From Candidatus Poribacteria bacterium (lineage in GTDB: Bacteria; Poribacteria; WGA-4E; WGA-3G), in NCBI GenBank assembly GCA_965205015.1, contig OZ242029.1, positions 4,928,001 to 4,992,000 of the forward strand: 64,000 nt of DNA. The letters run 5' to 3'. The notes under the pieces were generated by a model. The model made no database searches. It was not told the origin of the DNA and saw nothing but the letters and a program-made list of their open reading frames with translations. Each line of letters starts with the position of its first letter. The stretch's first letter is position 1. This document shows positions 9,923 to 20,314 of the stretch, piece by piece. A program made the position numbers and the translations under genes.

Positions 9923-10651
9923 ATGTATCGCCACTTTTTCCTACCGATTCTCGTACTACTTTTTGCTGTAAGTCCCGTTATCGCTGAGGGTGAAAAACTT
10001 GTCCTCGTTGGCTCTGGTGAACCCGACCCGAAGGACATTCCTCTGATAGAACATCTCGAAGAGTGGGGCTACGTTGTTGAACCGCATCAGCATTTGGCAA
10101 AACACCCTGTTGATCTGGCAGGTATAGATTTTGTCTTCATTTCAGAATCAACCTCCAGTGCCAACATTCTGGATGCTTACAAAGACTCAACCGTCCCAGT
10201 CGTCAATGCAGAGACGTGGACGTACGATGATATGGGATTTGCGGCAGACGGCACATTCAACTCCGATCCAGGTGATGAACTCACTGTCGTTGATACCGAG
10301 CATCCAATAATGGAAGGTTTTAAGGGCGACATCACCGTTAGCAAACCCGCTGCGCCCTTAATGACCTGTAATGGTTTTGAAGGCGATATCGAAATATTAG
10401 CCGTGCGAGCCGACAACGATGATTTCGTCGCCATCTCTGTCTACGAAGAAGGGGCAAAACTACTGAAAGGCACAACGAAAGCACGCCACGTTAACATCTG
10501 GCCCCACTCGACCGGATGGGAACAGGTAACGGACGATGGATGGGAACTCATACATCGCTCAATCCTCTATGCCCTCGGTCAAATTCCATTCGATGTCGCG
10601 CCACAAGACAAACTCGCTATCACCTGGGGACAGATTAAAGCGGTGCGCTAG
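9923..10651 (+). CDS. Secreted protein (possible glutamine-amidotransferase-like fold) with C-terminal KLAxTW motif
   Basis: Signal peptide, strong RBS AGGAGG, ends 'FDVAPQDKLAITWGQIKAVR'. Confidence 0.7.
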   Translation: MYRHFFLPILVLLFAVSPVIAEGEKLVLVGSGEPDPKDIPLIEHLEEWGYVVEPHQHLAKHPVDLAGIDFVFISESTSSANILDAYKDSTVPVVNAETWTYDDMGFAADGTFNSDPGDELTVVDTEHPIMEGFKGDITVSKPAAPLMTCNGFEGDIEILAVRADNDDFVAISVYEEGAKLLKGTTKARHVNIWPHSTGWEQVTDDGWELIHRSILYALGQIPFDVAPQDKLAITWGQIKAVR

Positions 10652-10677
10652 CTGCCAACGACCGGTCTTACCACTTT

Positions 10678-11409
10678 CTATAATAAAGATGCCGATCCAG
10701 CATCCAGAAATACCGCGCAATCTGGGTGCGTCTGTAAAATCGAAGCCGGGTGCATCGGCGTTATCTCGCCGTGTAAGCAATTCCGGACTGCCTCCGCTTT
10801 TCGTTCATCCGGCACGGTGCACACAACGGCTTTCGCCTTCATGATCTGGCGAATAGACATTGAAATCGCCTGGGTCGGCACGTCATCAATTCCCGCAAAC
10901 CAGCCCTCTCCGACCTGTTGAAGGCGGCACGCCTCATCCAATTCGACCAAGATATACGGATCTTCTGTCTCAAAGTCCGCCGGTGGATCGTTGAAGGCGA
11001 GGTGTCCGTTCTCACCGATCCCTACGAACGCCACATCAATCTGATGTTGCGAAATAATCCGATTCAGTCGATCACACTCGGCTTGCGATTCGTCCGCTTC
11101 GCCGTCCAAGAAATGGACCGTTCCGGGACGAACGATGTCCACGAGGCGTTCTCGTAGATACTTGCGAAAACTGGCGGGATGCGTCTCAGGAATGCCGATG
11201 TACTCGTCCAGATGGAACATCGTTGTGTTGTCCCAATCAATCGTTTTATCTGCAGTGAGCGCGGCAAGGAAATCAAATTGAGACGCGCCTGTTGCAACGA
11301 TGAAACTGGCGTGTCCATTTGCCTCCAATGCCTCGCGAAGTTTTTTACTTGCGAGGTGTGCCGCTGCTTCACTCGTTTCCCGTTTGGTTGTTGCTTTAAA
11401 GATATTCAT
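10678..11409 (-). CDS. nagB: Glucosamine-6-phosphate deaminase family
   Basis: 'IVATGASQ', 'FHLDEYIG', '[13 protein letters not shown]', 'PASILQTH'. Start overlaps the MOSC stop (ATGA). Confidence 0.85.
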   Translation of the reverse strand: MNIFKATTKRETSEAAAHLASKKLREALEANGHASFIVATGASQFDFLAALTADKTIDWDNTTMFHLDEYIGIPETHPASFRKYLRERLVDIVRPGTVHFLDGEADESQAECDRLNRIISQHQIDVAFVGIGENGHLAFNDPPADFETEDPYILVELDEACRLQQVGEGWFAGIDDVPTQAISMSIRQIMKAKAVVCTVPDERKAEAVRNCLHGEITPMHPASILQTHPDCAVFLDAGSASLL

Positions 11410-12047
11410 TTTGTTAAAATTCTTGTGAAATCCCGTTTCCAACTCGGCGAGAGAGCAGGCAGTTTTCTGGCGCGTGCGATTTTCTCGTGATTGTCCGTAT
11501 CGAAATAGCGTAGGTTGAGTATCTCCGTAACACTCATCGGTTCCGATGCAACTTCAATACGCGTAATCGTATCGCCAGCCGTGATTTCGCCTTCTTCAAG
11601 CACCCGAAAATAGAAGCCGACGCGCCGACTCTCTAAAAACTGTTTAGGGAACTCCGGGAGTCCCATCTTGTATGCAAGCTTGAAACACGGCACGCGCGGC
11701 TGTGTAATCTGTAATTTTACCGTTGAACCTACCTGAAAGACATCCCCAATATGAACCGCCTCTTCCAGGAGCGCCTCCACCGTGAGATTTTCGCCGAATT
11801 GCCCATAGGTGAAGTCGTCTCTTTGCAATTCCAGTTGCCAGTGCGCGTAATGTTCAAACGGATAGCCGTAGATGGCTTTATAGGTGCCGCCGTGTACCCG
11901 TAGATCGCCCTGCCCATCACCGTCAATGTTCTTTTCTCTGAGCATGACGGTGCCGGACACCGGTTCCTTGAAAATTCCGGTGCGGATGGTCTTGCCGCCG
12001 TATTGAATAGGCTTCGGTTTTGAGACGTTTATAGATAAGAGTTTCAT
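11406..12047 (-). CDS. MOSC domain protein with 3-alpha tail (YiiM-like)
   Basis: '[12 protein letters not shown]', 'FGENLT', '[12 protein letters not shown]', '[12 protein letters not shown]'. Confidence 0.9.
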   Translation of the reverse strand: MKLLSINVSKPKPIQYGGKTIRTGIFKEPVSGTVMLREKNIDGDGQGDLRVHGGTYKAIYGYPFEHYAHWQLELQRDDFTYGQFGENLTVEALLEEAVHIGDVFQVGSTVKLQITQPRVPCFKLAYKMGLPEFPKQFLESRRVGFYFRVLEEGEITAGDTITRIEVASEPMSVTEILNLRYFDTDNHEKIARARKLPALSPSWKRDFTRILTK

Positions 12048-12113
12048 AATATGCTTTAATATACTGATTCTTCTAAGTTATGTCAAGCGAAACATTTTTT
12101 ACATTTTTTCCCC

Positions 12114-12150
12114 TTATGCAACCTTTGCTTCTTTAAATCGCGTCATTAAT
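12114..12150 (+). promoter_or_regulatory. Candidate ECF-type promoter, copy 1
   Basis: TTATGCAAC-N18-CGTCATTAAT; repeated at 16932, 27047 and 28466 with identical spacing. Confidence 0.6.
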
Positions 12151-12215
12151 AGTAACAGCAGTCTGAGAGTCGCGCGTTAAAAACGCGCATGCTTAACTCA
12201 CTTTGGAGAGACTTG

Positions 12216-15122
12216 ATGAAAAACGAAGATGCACAACTGGTTAACCGCTTCTTGACAGGTGACGAAAGTGCCTTTACCACGCTGGTAAAAAAATACCAGA
12301 AGCGCGTCCATGCACTCACATGGCGGAAGGTCGGCGATTTCCATACTGCCGAGGAACTCACACAAGACACCTTCCTCAAGGCATACCAGAAACTTGGGAC
12401 GCTGAAGAATCCGAGTCAGTTCGCTGGATGGCTCTATGTCATCGCTGATCGGCTCTGTATCGCGTGGCACCGAAGGCAGAAACCACCAATGGAATCTTTG
12501 GAAACAACGAGTGGAGAGGAGGTCGAGGCATCGTCTTACCGGCACTACGAAGATGAACAACGTGAAGCAGCTTCTGTTGAACATCGTTATGGACGCATTA
12601 GAGACCTCTTAGAAAAACTCCCCGAGAGCGAACGGACAGTTGTGACACTCCACTACCTCGGAGAAATGACGTGTAAAGCGATTGGTGAGTTTTTAGGTGT
12701 CTCTCCGAACACAGTTAAGAGTCGTCTCCAGCGTGCACGAAACCGTTTAAAGGAGCAAGAAACCATGATTCAGGAAACGCTTGGGGGTGTACATTTACCT
12801 ACCTCCTTCACCGATCACATTATGAAGCAAGTCGGTAACATAAAACCGGCATCTCCGACGCACAGCAAACCGTTTCTGCCGTGGGCAATCTCTGCCGCAA
12901 CAACCGTCTTTATCTTTCTAATAATGGGTGCGGGATCTCAATACCTTTCTCACTTCCAGAAGCCGTATAACCTGAACGCCCCATCGGAAACCACCGTTGA
13001 AATTATTGATGCCCCTATTGTCTTGGATACACAAGCAAAACCGGATTTACGGAACCAATCTGGACGTTTCGATACCACCGGTAAGAGCAGCAGTGCCGGT
13101 CCACAAGTCTCGGAACCTGTTATGCTTGCCGCTGCACAGGTAGAAAAGGAGCCGCGCCCGTCAACAAAACAGCAATGGATACAGGTAAGCGGTCCAAAAG
13201 AAGAAGCCTCCGTATCCGACTTATTGGTCAGTTCTTGGGGAGATGTCTATGCGGTTTCAAAAATTGGTATCTACAGATTAGCATCAGATGCCCCCACATG
13301 GACGCTCGTCAGTCCACTGCCACCAGAGACTTCTGTAGACAATCACGGTATACGGATGGCAGAACGAAAGGACACCCTCTATCTCGTCTTTCCTAACGGT
13401 GTGTTCGCTTCAAAAGACAGAGGTGAAACATGGACAAAACTGGGTGGGCGCCCAGAGGGACGCGCCATTGGATTGGTGATAACGGATGAAGCCTGGTATC
13501 TCACGCTTCGAGACGATGAAGGTATCTTCCGATCTACAGATGAAGGGAAGCAGTGGACCTCACTCGACAATGAAATAGCAGACAGCGGTGTTAATGCAAT
13601 AGCTGCCGTTGAAAACACAGTGTTTGTTGGGACAAATCAGGGGCTCTACCGCTTGCGTCCAGAGATGTCGGAGAAACTGACAATAGATACCACGAAAGCC
13701 ATCCGCTCTTTGTCAGTCTCCGGAAATAATCTCTATGTCGGGACAGGACTCGATCTAACGCAATTGGAAACCGAGGAAGGAAGGAAGGCACACTTTGAGA
13801 AACTTATAGAGGAATTTACGAGTAACGCCAATGCCCGGCAATGGGAGATTTTCCGCTCAACCGATTTGGGCGAGTCGTGGACAGATATAACACCGACCAG
13901 CACATCTCACATGATGAGAGCTGCATCGAGTACTAAAGTCGTGTCAACCGGAAATGCTGTTCTGGCATTAGGTATGATAAACTTCCACTCAACCGATAGG
14001 GGAAAAACATGGACAGAATTTGGCTTCAATAGCGACGAAATGATGTTGGATATATTTCCTGCTGTCGCAGTGGACGAAAATACCATCTTCAAAACCGGAC
14101 CCTCTGAACTTAAACGCTCAACCGATGGCGGCGAATCGTGGCATCTGTTTACAGATGGAATCGTAGGCACCAACGTATTCAACTTAGTTGGATTCAAAAA
14201 TGAACTTTATACGCCTGCCTCCAAAGGTGTTGCCAAATCCAGCGATGGCGGCGAGTCGTGGAACAAACTCACCGTGAGTTCTGGTGATCTCACACTAAAA
14301 CCAGTAGAGAAAGACACCTCTCTGATTTCCCCAAAATTCACAATTGCTGACGGTGTGCTTTATGTAGTCTCATTCTCTTTAGTCCCCGAGCATCAAATGC
14401 GTATTTTCCGTCTCTCTGCGAACGGAAACGTGTTAGTCCCTATCCAAGGAATACCTGCCCTTGAAGGTGCTCCTTCCACCAAGGATATAAAAGATTGGGC
14501 AGATAAATTGTTCCGATTCGATATATTTCCCGGAGCGTTCGCAGTCAGCGGTGAGACCTTCTATGCGGAATACACGCGGCAGCTGCTCCGGTGGAAACGT
14601 GGTGAATCAAAATGGTTTAATACCGGATTGGTAGATACAGACAGCGCAGATAAAAGCGATGATTCTATGAGGGGTTTCAAACTTGCTGTTTCAGAAGAGA
14701 CCGTCTATGTTGGAAAACGCGATGGACATCTCTTTCAATCGCTTGATAGTGGCAACACATGGAAAGATTTAACCCCAAACCTCCCACTCCGTTTTGAGCG
14801 TTTCAATGGGATAACCTTCGCGGGTTCAACGGTCTATGTTGCGACTGACGCAGGTGTCTTGACCTCAGAAGACGGTGAACATTGGCGCGCACTCACCGAT
14901 ACGGCAGGAACGCATCCCCTCATTGATCGAATGGCAGTGGATATCACAACAGTTTACGGTGTTGGGGATGAAGGTATCTATCGACTGAACAATCGCGATG
15001 AATGGGAAAAGATCTCTCCAGAAGTGCCCGATAGCGTCACCGCTTTCGTGATCAATAATGATCAATTCTATATCGTAACCGAACATCGCGGGATGTTCCA
15101 CGTCTCTCTCGAAAAAGAATAA
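12216..15122 (+). CDS. ECF sigma factor fused to a TM helix and an Asp-box/BNR beta-propeller (copy 1)
   Basis: sigma2 'AEELTQDTFLKAY...FAGWLYVIA', sigma4 'LPESERTVVTLHY...IGEFLGVSPNTVKSRLQRARNRL', hydrophobic 'LPWAISAATTVFIFLIMGAG', several SxDxGxxW Asp-boxes; RBS GGAGA. Confidence 0.9.
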   Translation: MKNEDAQLVNRFLTGDESAFTTLVKKYQKRVHALTWRKVGDFHTAEELTQDTFLKAYQKLGTLKNPSQFAGWLYVIADRLCIAWHRRQKPPMESLETTSGEEVEASSYRHYEDEQREAASVEHRYGRIRDLLEKLPESERTVVTLHYLGEMTCKAIGEFLGVSPNTVKSRLQRARNRLKEQETMIQETLGGVHLPTSFTDHIMKQVGNIKPASPTHSKPFLPWAISAATTVFIFLIMGAGSQYLSHFQKPYNLNAPSETTVEIIDAPIVLDTQAKPDLRNQSGRFDTTGKSSSAGPQVSEPVMLAAAQVEKEPRPSTKQQWIQVSGPKEEASVSDLLVSSWGDVYAVSKIGIYRLASDAPTWTLVSPLPPETSVDNHGIRMAERKDTLYLVFPNGVFASKDRGETWTKLGGRPEGRAIGLVITDEAWYLTLRDDEGIFRSTDEGKQWTSLDNEIADSGVNAIAAVENTVFVGTNQGLYRLRPEMSEKLTIDTTKAIRSLSVSGNNLYVGTGLDLTQLETEEGRKAHFEKLIEEFTSNANARQWEIFRSTDLGESWTDITPTSTSHMMRAASSTKVVSTGNAVLALGMINFHSTDRGKTWTEFGFNSDEMMLDIFPAVAVDENTIFKTGPSELKRSTDGGESWHLFTDGIVGTNVFNLVGFKNELYTPASKGVAKSSDGGESWNKLTVSSGDLTLKPVEKDTSLISPKFTIADGVLYVVSFSLVPEHQMRIFRLSANGNVLVPIQGIPALEGAPSTKDIKDWADKLFRFDIFPGAFAVSGETFYAEYTRQLLRWKRGESKWFNTGLVDTDSADKSDDSMRGFKLAVSEETVYVGKRDGHLFQSLDSGNTWKDLTPNLPLRFERFNGITFAGSTVYVATDAGVLTSEDGEHWRALTDTAGTHPLIDRMAVDITTVYGVGDEGIYRLNNRDEWEKISPEVPDSVTAFVINNDQFYIVTEHRGMFHVSLEKE

Positions 15123-15158
15123 TAGACATTTGCGCAACGATTCTCTCTACGTGTCTCC

Positions 15159-15202
15159 AATAGAGTGGTGATTTTACCCATAGCATCACCACTCTATTTT
15201 TA
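15159..15202 (+). terminator. Probable intrinsic terminator
   Basis: AATAGAGTGGTGAT / ATCACCACTCTATT stem followed by a T-run, right after ECF copy 1. Confidence 0.6.
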
Positions 15203-15348
15203 TTCTAAAGGAACTTATCGCTAAACCCAACCTAAAAAGGGAGTTGATAACCCGCACGATTCTGTAGCGTATCTTGTTAGGGTGCGCACAATCTTTTGAA
15301 CAGACTCACAAACTATACTACAAAAATGGCAACTTGTGTTATATTATA

Positions 15349-16757
15349 CTAAAGTTTGGACAATATTGTAAGTTTCAAGCTGCTTTGTCGAAAGGTAGCG
15401 TGGTATCGTGTTCAGATATGGGATGAATATTCTGTGAGTTGGTCTCTTCTTGGGAACTCGCAGAATATTCCAACGCTCTGAGGTGCGACTGTAAATAAGC
15501 GACCCGTAACCCTTGGGTCAAGTGCTTCGGATGATACCAATGAATCCCGAGATGCTCGCAGACCTCTTTGACGCTCACGCGATCCGAGGGATACCGAGAC
15601 CCAAACTTCAAGAAGACCAACTTCGTCAGAGACGCTGCGACGAAACTCAGCTGCACGAAGCGATTGATGCTTTTGCGAGACTTGACCCGATAGGCATCAA
15701 ATCCGAAATGCTGCTTGACATCTCGAAACGCTGTTTCTATCTGCCACCTCTGCCGGTAGTATTCAACGATCTTCGGGAGCTCCAAGGTCATATCTGTTGT
15801 AAAGACACAGAAATACCGATACGGTTTTGAGGGTTTGACTCGGGTGCGTATCACGACGAGTCGGACGTCTGTCGGACACATTTTCGTCCGAACGACCTCT
15901 GAGGCGACCTGATACGTTTTTTCCAGGATGCAAACGTCTTGATACCGTAAGCGTTGGATGTTCAAACGGTCTCCATATTTCTTCGGACGCCCGCGCTGGG
16001 GGCGCTTCGGACGTTTCGGTAAACGATAAAACACCGCATTTGACTTCGCACGACACAACAGATGATGTCCGAGTTCCAAGAGCATTTCAAAGACTTTTCG
16101 GCGGCAGAACCCTCTATCAAAGAGGATCAACCCCCGGGGGAGCTTTGAACAGATACGTTTCAACACCGCATCACCTTTGTCCCGGAGCGTCTGAGGTGCA
16201 ATGAGTTTCACCCAGACCGGAAACAGCAACCAATCTGCCGCTGTCTCGCAGAGTAAACCTAATGCCCCAAACTCGTGTCCGAAGTGAAACTTTGATTGAT
16301 TCACGCGATGTTTACCGTGATAACTGAAGTTGCGGAAAAAATGTAAACCCCATTGGGTTTTACCCGTCTTCAAGGCTTTGGTGGCATCATAGACGTAAAC
16401 CCAGTCGGCAAACACGCCCTGGAGCCTTTTCATCAGGCACGCAGCAACCGCATCGGTATCCCATTTGCCCCGGGAAAGAAACTTCGGAAACGACCAATAG
16501 CGTGTCGCGGATCCACTCGACTGATACAGGTGCGTCAGGCTGCCTCCAGGCGGTTGAGTCATAAACCCAAAAATAAATGCTTGAAAAAGCGCAAAGTTTT
16601 GGGAGTTGAACAAATGACGAAAATCCGATACAATACTTTCTAAGTGGAGAAGCAGGGGCATTTTTGCCTTCCTTTCAAAACAGTGGTATGTTTATGAAAG
16701 GATACCTGCTTTTCTGCTTTCAAACATCTTAATTCTTTAAAATTGTCCAAACTTTAG
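15349..16757 (-). mobile_element. Intact insertion sequence, IS4 superfamily (IS701/ISH3-like)
   Basis: Perfect 16-bp terminal IR CTAAAGTTTGGACAAT / ATTGTCCAAACTTTAG, flanked by a 9-bp direct repeat TATATTATA (15340-15348 and 16758-16766). Confidence 0.92.
15375..16661 (-). CDS. DDE transposase
   Basis: 'YVYDAT', 'LILFDRGF', and YREK-like 'YRQRWQIETAFRDVKQHFG'. Confidence 0.92.
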   Translation of the reverse strand: MPLLLHLESIVSDFRHLFNSQNFALFQAFIFGFMTQPPGGSLTHLYQSSGSATRYWSFPKFLSRGKWDTDAVAACLMKRLQGVFADWVYVYDATKALKTGKTQWGLHFFRNFSYHGKHRVNQSKFHFGHEFGALGLLCETAADWLLFPVWVKLIAPQTLRDKGDAVLKRICSKLPRGLILFDRGFCRRKVFEMLLELGHHLLCRAKSNAVFYRLPKRPKRPQRGRPKKYGDRLNIQRLRYQDVCILEKTYQVASEVVRTKMCPTDVRLVVIRTRVKPSKPYRYFCVFTTDMTLELPKIVEYYRQRWQIETAFRDVKQHFGFDAYRVKSRKSINRFVQLSFVAASLTKLVFLKFGSRYPSDRVSVKEVCEHLGIHWYHPKHLTQGLRVAYLQSHLRALEYSASSQEETNSQNIHPISEHDTTLPFDKAA

Positions 16758-16762
16758 TATAT

Positions 16763-16881
16763 TATAGTAAAACCCGTAATTACTTATACACTAACACAAG
16801 GGCGAGGATGCAATCCTCGCCAGCGGTGGCGGGGTGTTTGTTCCCTGACGAACTGTAAACATATTTTTGGATTTTACTATA
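16763..16881. mobile_element. MITE-like element with TATAGTAAAA ends
   Basis: TATAGTAAAACCC ... GGATTTTACTATA (12/13 IR); internal palindrome GGCGAGGATGCAATCCTCGCC. Confidence 0.6.
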
Positions 16882-16931
16882 AAAAAATACTTCAGCGTAG
16901 CCGTGATATAATTTCTCCAATTTTTTTCTCG

Positions 16932-16968
16932 TTATGCACCATTCTGTTCTTTAAATCTCGTCATTAAT
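16932..16968 (+). promoter_or_regulatory. Candidate ECF-type promoter, copy 2
   Basis: TTATGCACC-N18-CGTCATTAAT, followed by a leader similar to that of copy 1. Confidence 0.6.
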
Positions 16969-17032
16969 TAGTGACAGCAGTCGGATAGTCGCGCGTTAAA
17001 AACGCGCACTCTTAAGTTACTGGAGAGACTTG

Positions 17033-19978
17033 ATGAAAAACGAAGATGCACAATTGGTCAACCAATTTCTGACAGGCGACGAGAACGCCTTCACCGCACT
17101 CGTAAAAAAATATCAGAAAAGCGTCCACGCCCTCACATGGCGGAAGGTTGGCGATTTTCATACCGCTGAGGAACTCACACAGGACACCTTCCTGAAAGCA
17201 TATCAGAAACTCGCGACGTTAAAGAATCCGAATCAGTTCGCGGGATGGCTCTATGTGATCGCCGATCGGCTCTGTATCGACTGGCATCGAAAGCAGAAAC
17301 CACCCATGGGATCCTTGGAAACCACCAGCGGAGAGGAGATTGAAGAATCTTCCTACCGTCACTACGAAGACGAACAACGTGAGGCAGCCTCCGTCGAACA
17401 TCTTCAAGAACACGTCAAAAGTCTTTTAGAGAAACTGCCGGAGAGCGAACGCACAGTTGTGACACTTCACTATCTTGGAGAAATGACCTATAAAGCGATC
17501 AGTGAATTTTTAGGCGTATCCCCAAACACGGTTAAAAGCCGCCTCCAACGCGCACGGAACCGTTTAAGACAGGAAGATGATAGGGTGCGCGACACCCTTA
17601 GTAGTGTAGATCTGCCCATAACTTTCACCGAAAATATTGTAAAACAAATCGCTGACATAAAACCTGTAGCCCCTACGAACAGTAAACCCTTAATACCTTG
17701 GGCGATCTCTACCGCAACAGCCATCTTTATTTTTTTAATAATGGGTGTAGGGTCGCAATATCTCTCCCGTTTCCAGAAACCGTATAACCTGAACGCTCGA
17801 TCGGAAACCATCGTTGAAATCATCGACACCCCCATTGTCCTTGACAGAGAAGAAAAACCGGACTTGCGGAACCAAGCCGGTCACCTCGATACCACCGGTA
17901 AAAGTAAAGGTGCCGGTCCACAAATTTCAGAACCTGTTGTGCTTGCCGCTGCTCAAGTAGAAAAGGAGACGCACCCGTCAACAAAACAGCAGTGGACACA
18001 AGCAAACGGTCCCGAAGGCGGAACAGTATCAGGATTACTTCTCAGCTCGACAGGTGATATCTACACCGTTTCCGCGAGCGGTATCTATAGATTCACACCA
18101 AATGCGTCTGTATGGGCACTTGTGAGTCCATTGCCGCCAGAGGCTTCCGAAGACTACAGCTGGAAACCGATGGCAGAACGAAACGGCACCCTCTACCTTG
18201 TATCGACTGATAAAGTGTGGGTCTCAACCGATAGCGGCGAAACATGGGAGTCGCTGGGTCCGCGTCCAAAAGGAAACCCTATCGGACTCGCCATCACGGC
18301 TCAAGGCTTATATCTCGCCCTTGAAAATCAGATTTTCCGATCCGAAAACGCAGGTAAACAGTGGATTCCGATGGACGATGGGATAATCAACGAAAACACT
18401 CACATTCTCACACTGACTGCTATCGAAAACACCGTGTTTGTAGGCATGAACCATGGACTCTACCGTTCGCGATCAGGGATGTGGGAAAAATTGCCGGTGG
18501 ATACCACCAAAGCCATCCATTCCTTGGCGGTTTATGAAAACGACCTCTATGTCGGGACAGGTCCCGATATTTCTCAATTAAACACTCCCGAAGGTGCTGG
18601 GGCGTTCATCGGTCAAGTTATGAGCAGTGACACCCGAAGTTCATGGGAGCTCTTCCACTCGGTCGACTTGGGCGATACGTGGACGGAACTAACACCGAAA
18701 ATCACTTCGTTCACAATGAAAATATCACCGGGTGCTAAAGTCCTGGTGAGTGGAGAGACAGTGTTAGTCTTAGGCGTCACGACGTTCCGCTCAACGGATG
18801 GTGGAAAAACATGGACGGACTTTGGATTTGACACATCCGATATGAATACGGCACTGAATTCAGTGACACTCAGTATGTTTCCAGCAGCGACAGTGGGCAA
18901 AAATACATTTCTCAAAGTTGGAATGCACGACGGACTCATCCGTTCAACCGATGGGGGTCAGTCGTGGTACCCATTCACGAAAGGGATGGTAGGTACCAAA
19001 GTGTTTGACCTGGTAGCATTCAAAAATGCGCTCTACGCAAATACCGGCTCAGGTATCGCCAAATCCGCTGATAACGGGAAGTCCTGGAAAACTCTTGCTG
19101 TGAATTCCGCAGAACTTGTGTTAGAACCGTCAGACCTAACTATACCTACGGATATCCTGATTTCCGCAAAATTAGCGATCTCTGACGGTGTGCTTTACGG
19201 CATCTCAGCAGCCTTCGACACACAAAACGAAGTTCGCCTTTTTCGTCTCTCCGCGAGCGGCGACGTGTTAGTACCTATCCAGGGACCTGCTACCTTCGGT
19301 GGAAATCTCTCCATAATAGCCATGATGGGTCTGGCAGATGCCACTCGGCAACTCGAAAGGTTCTCTGCAGAGTTCGCAGTGAGCGGCGAGACATTTTATA
19401 CAGAATATAAGAGACGGCTTTTCCGCTGGAAACGCGGTGAACCAGAATGGTTCAACACCGGATTGATAGATAAAACCCCGCTCTCTGATAATTATAACGA
19501 TGCTGTGAAAGAGCGTCAGAAAAGTATCGCACTTGCTGTTTCAACGGAAACCGTCTATGTCGGAAAACGTGATGGACATCTCTTTCAATCGTTTGATAGT
19601 GGCAACACATGGAAGGACCTGACTTCAAATCTGCCGCTGCGCTTCACGTACTTTAAAGAGATCGTCTTTGCGGGTCCAACAGTGTATGTCGCTACAGACA
19701 CGGGTGTCTTGACTTCAGAAACAGGTGAACACTGGCGAGCGATCACCGATAAAACCGGGAGCCATACCGTTATAGATCGAATTGCTGTGTCCGGTACCTC
19801 GGTTTACGGTGCTGGGAATGAAGGTGCCTATCAATTGAACCGTCGCGGTGAATGGAAAAAAATCTCGCCAGAAGTGCCAGGTCGGGTTATTTCTCTCGTT
19901 ATTAACGACGATACACTTTACGCTGTGACGGAAAAACGCGGGATGTTTCAGGTCTCGCTTGAAGAAGAAAACTATTGA
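17033..19978 (+). CDS. ECF sigma factor fused to a TM helix and an Asp-box beta-propeller (copy 2)
   Basis: Same architecture as 12216; sigma domain nearly identical, central propeller diverged. Confidence 0.9.
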   Translation: MKNEDAQLVNQFLTGDENAFTALVKKYQKSVHALTWRKVGDFHTAEELTQDTFLKAYQKLATLKNPNQFAGWLYVIADRLCIDWHRKQKPPMGSLETTSGEEIEESSYRHYEDEQREAASVEHLQEHVKSLLEKLPESERTVVTLHYLGEMTYKAISEFLGVSPNTVKSRLQRARNRLRQEDDRVRDTLSSVDLPITFTENIVKQIADIKPVAPTNSKPLIPWAISTATAIFIFLIMGVGSQYLSRFQKPYNLNARSETIVEIIDTPIVLDREEKPDLRNQAGHLDTTGKSKGAGPQISEPVVLAAAQVEKETHPSTKQQWTQANGPEGGTVSGLLLSSTGDIYTVSASGIYRFTPNASVWALVSPLPPEASEDYSWKPMAERNGTLYLVSTDKVWVSTDSGETWESLGPRPKGNPIGLAITAQGLYLALENQIFRSENAGKQWIPMDDGIINENTHILTLTAIENTVFVGMNHGLYRSRSGMWEKLPVDTTKAIHSLAVYENDLYVGTGPDISQLNTPEGAGAFIGQVMSSDTRSSWELFHSVDLGDTWTELTPKITSFTMKISPGAKVLVSGETVLVLGVTTFRSTDGGKTWTDFGFDTSDMNTALNSVTLSMFPAATVGKNTFLKVGMHDGLIRSTDGGQSWYPFTKGMVGTKVFDLVAFKNALYANTGSGIAKSADNGKSWKTLAVNSAELVLEPSDLTIPTDILISAKLAISDGVLYGISAAFDTQNEVRLFRLSASGDVLVPIQGPATFGGNLSIIAMMGLADATRQLERFSAEFAVSGETFYTEYKRRLFRWKRGEPEWFNTGLIDKTPLSDNYNDAVKERQKSIALAVSTETVYVGKRDGHLFQSFDSGNTWKDLTSNLPLRFTYFKEIVFAGPTVYVATDTGVLTSETGEHWRAITDKTGSHTVIDRIAVSGTSVYGAGNEGAYQLNRRGEWKKISPEVPGRVISLVINDDTLYAVTEKRGMFQVSLEEENY

Positions 19979-19990
19979 TGTTATAGATTT

Positions 19991-20267
19991 AAGGCTACGG
20001 GCACCCACAAGGGGTGCCCCTACGGCTGGTGTCGGTTCAGGATATGGGCACCTACAAGGCTACGGGCACCCACAAGGGGTGCCCCTACGGCTGGTGTCGG
20101 TTTAGGATACGGGCACCTACAAGGCTACGGGCACCCACAAGGGGTGCCCCTACGGCTGGTGTCGGTTCAGGATATGGGCACCTACAAGGCTACGGGCACC
20201 CACAAGGGGTGCCCCTACGGTTGGTGTCGGTTTAGGATACGGGCACCCACAAGGGGTGCCCCTACGG
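19991..20267. repeat. Tandem array of a 65-bp REP-containing unit (BIME-like)
   Basis: Units start at 19991, 20056, 20121 and 20186; five GGGCACCCACAAGGGGTGCCCCTAC palindromes. Confidence 0.9.
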
Positions 20268-20314
20268 GATGTAAACTTATTTTTGTAATTCATCATATTT
20301 TTGGAGGAATCAAA

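Noticed and set aside
19991-20267. Possible CRISPR array
   Set aside because: The sequences between palindromes are near-identical rather than unique spacers, and no cas genes are nearby.
20144-20314. N-terminal extension of the S55 ORF
   Set aside because: It derives from the repeat array; the GTG at 20315 has an RBS and a signal peptide.
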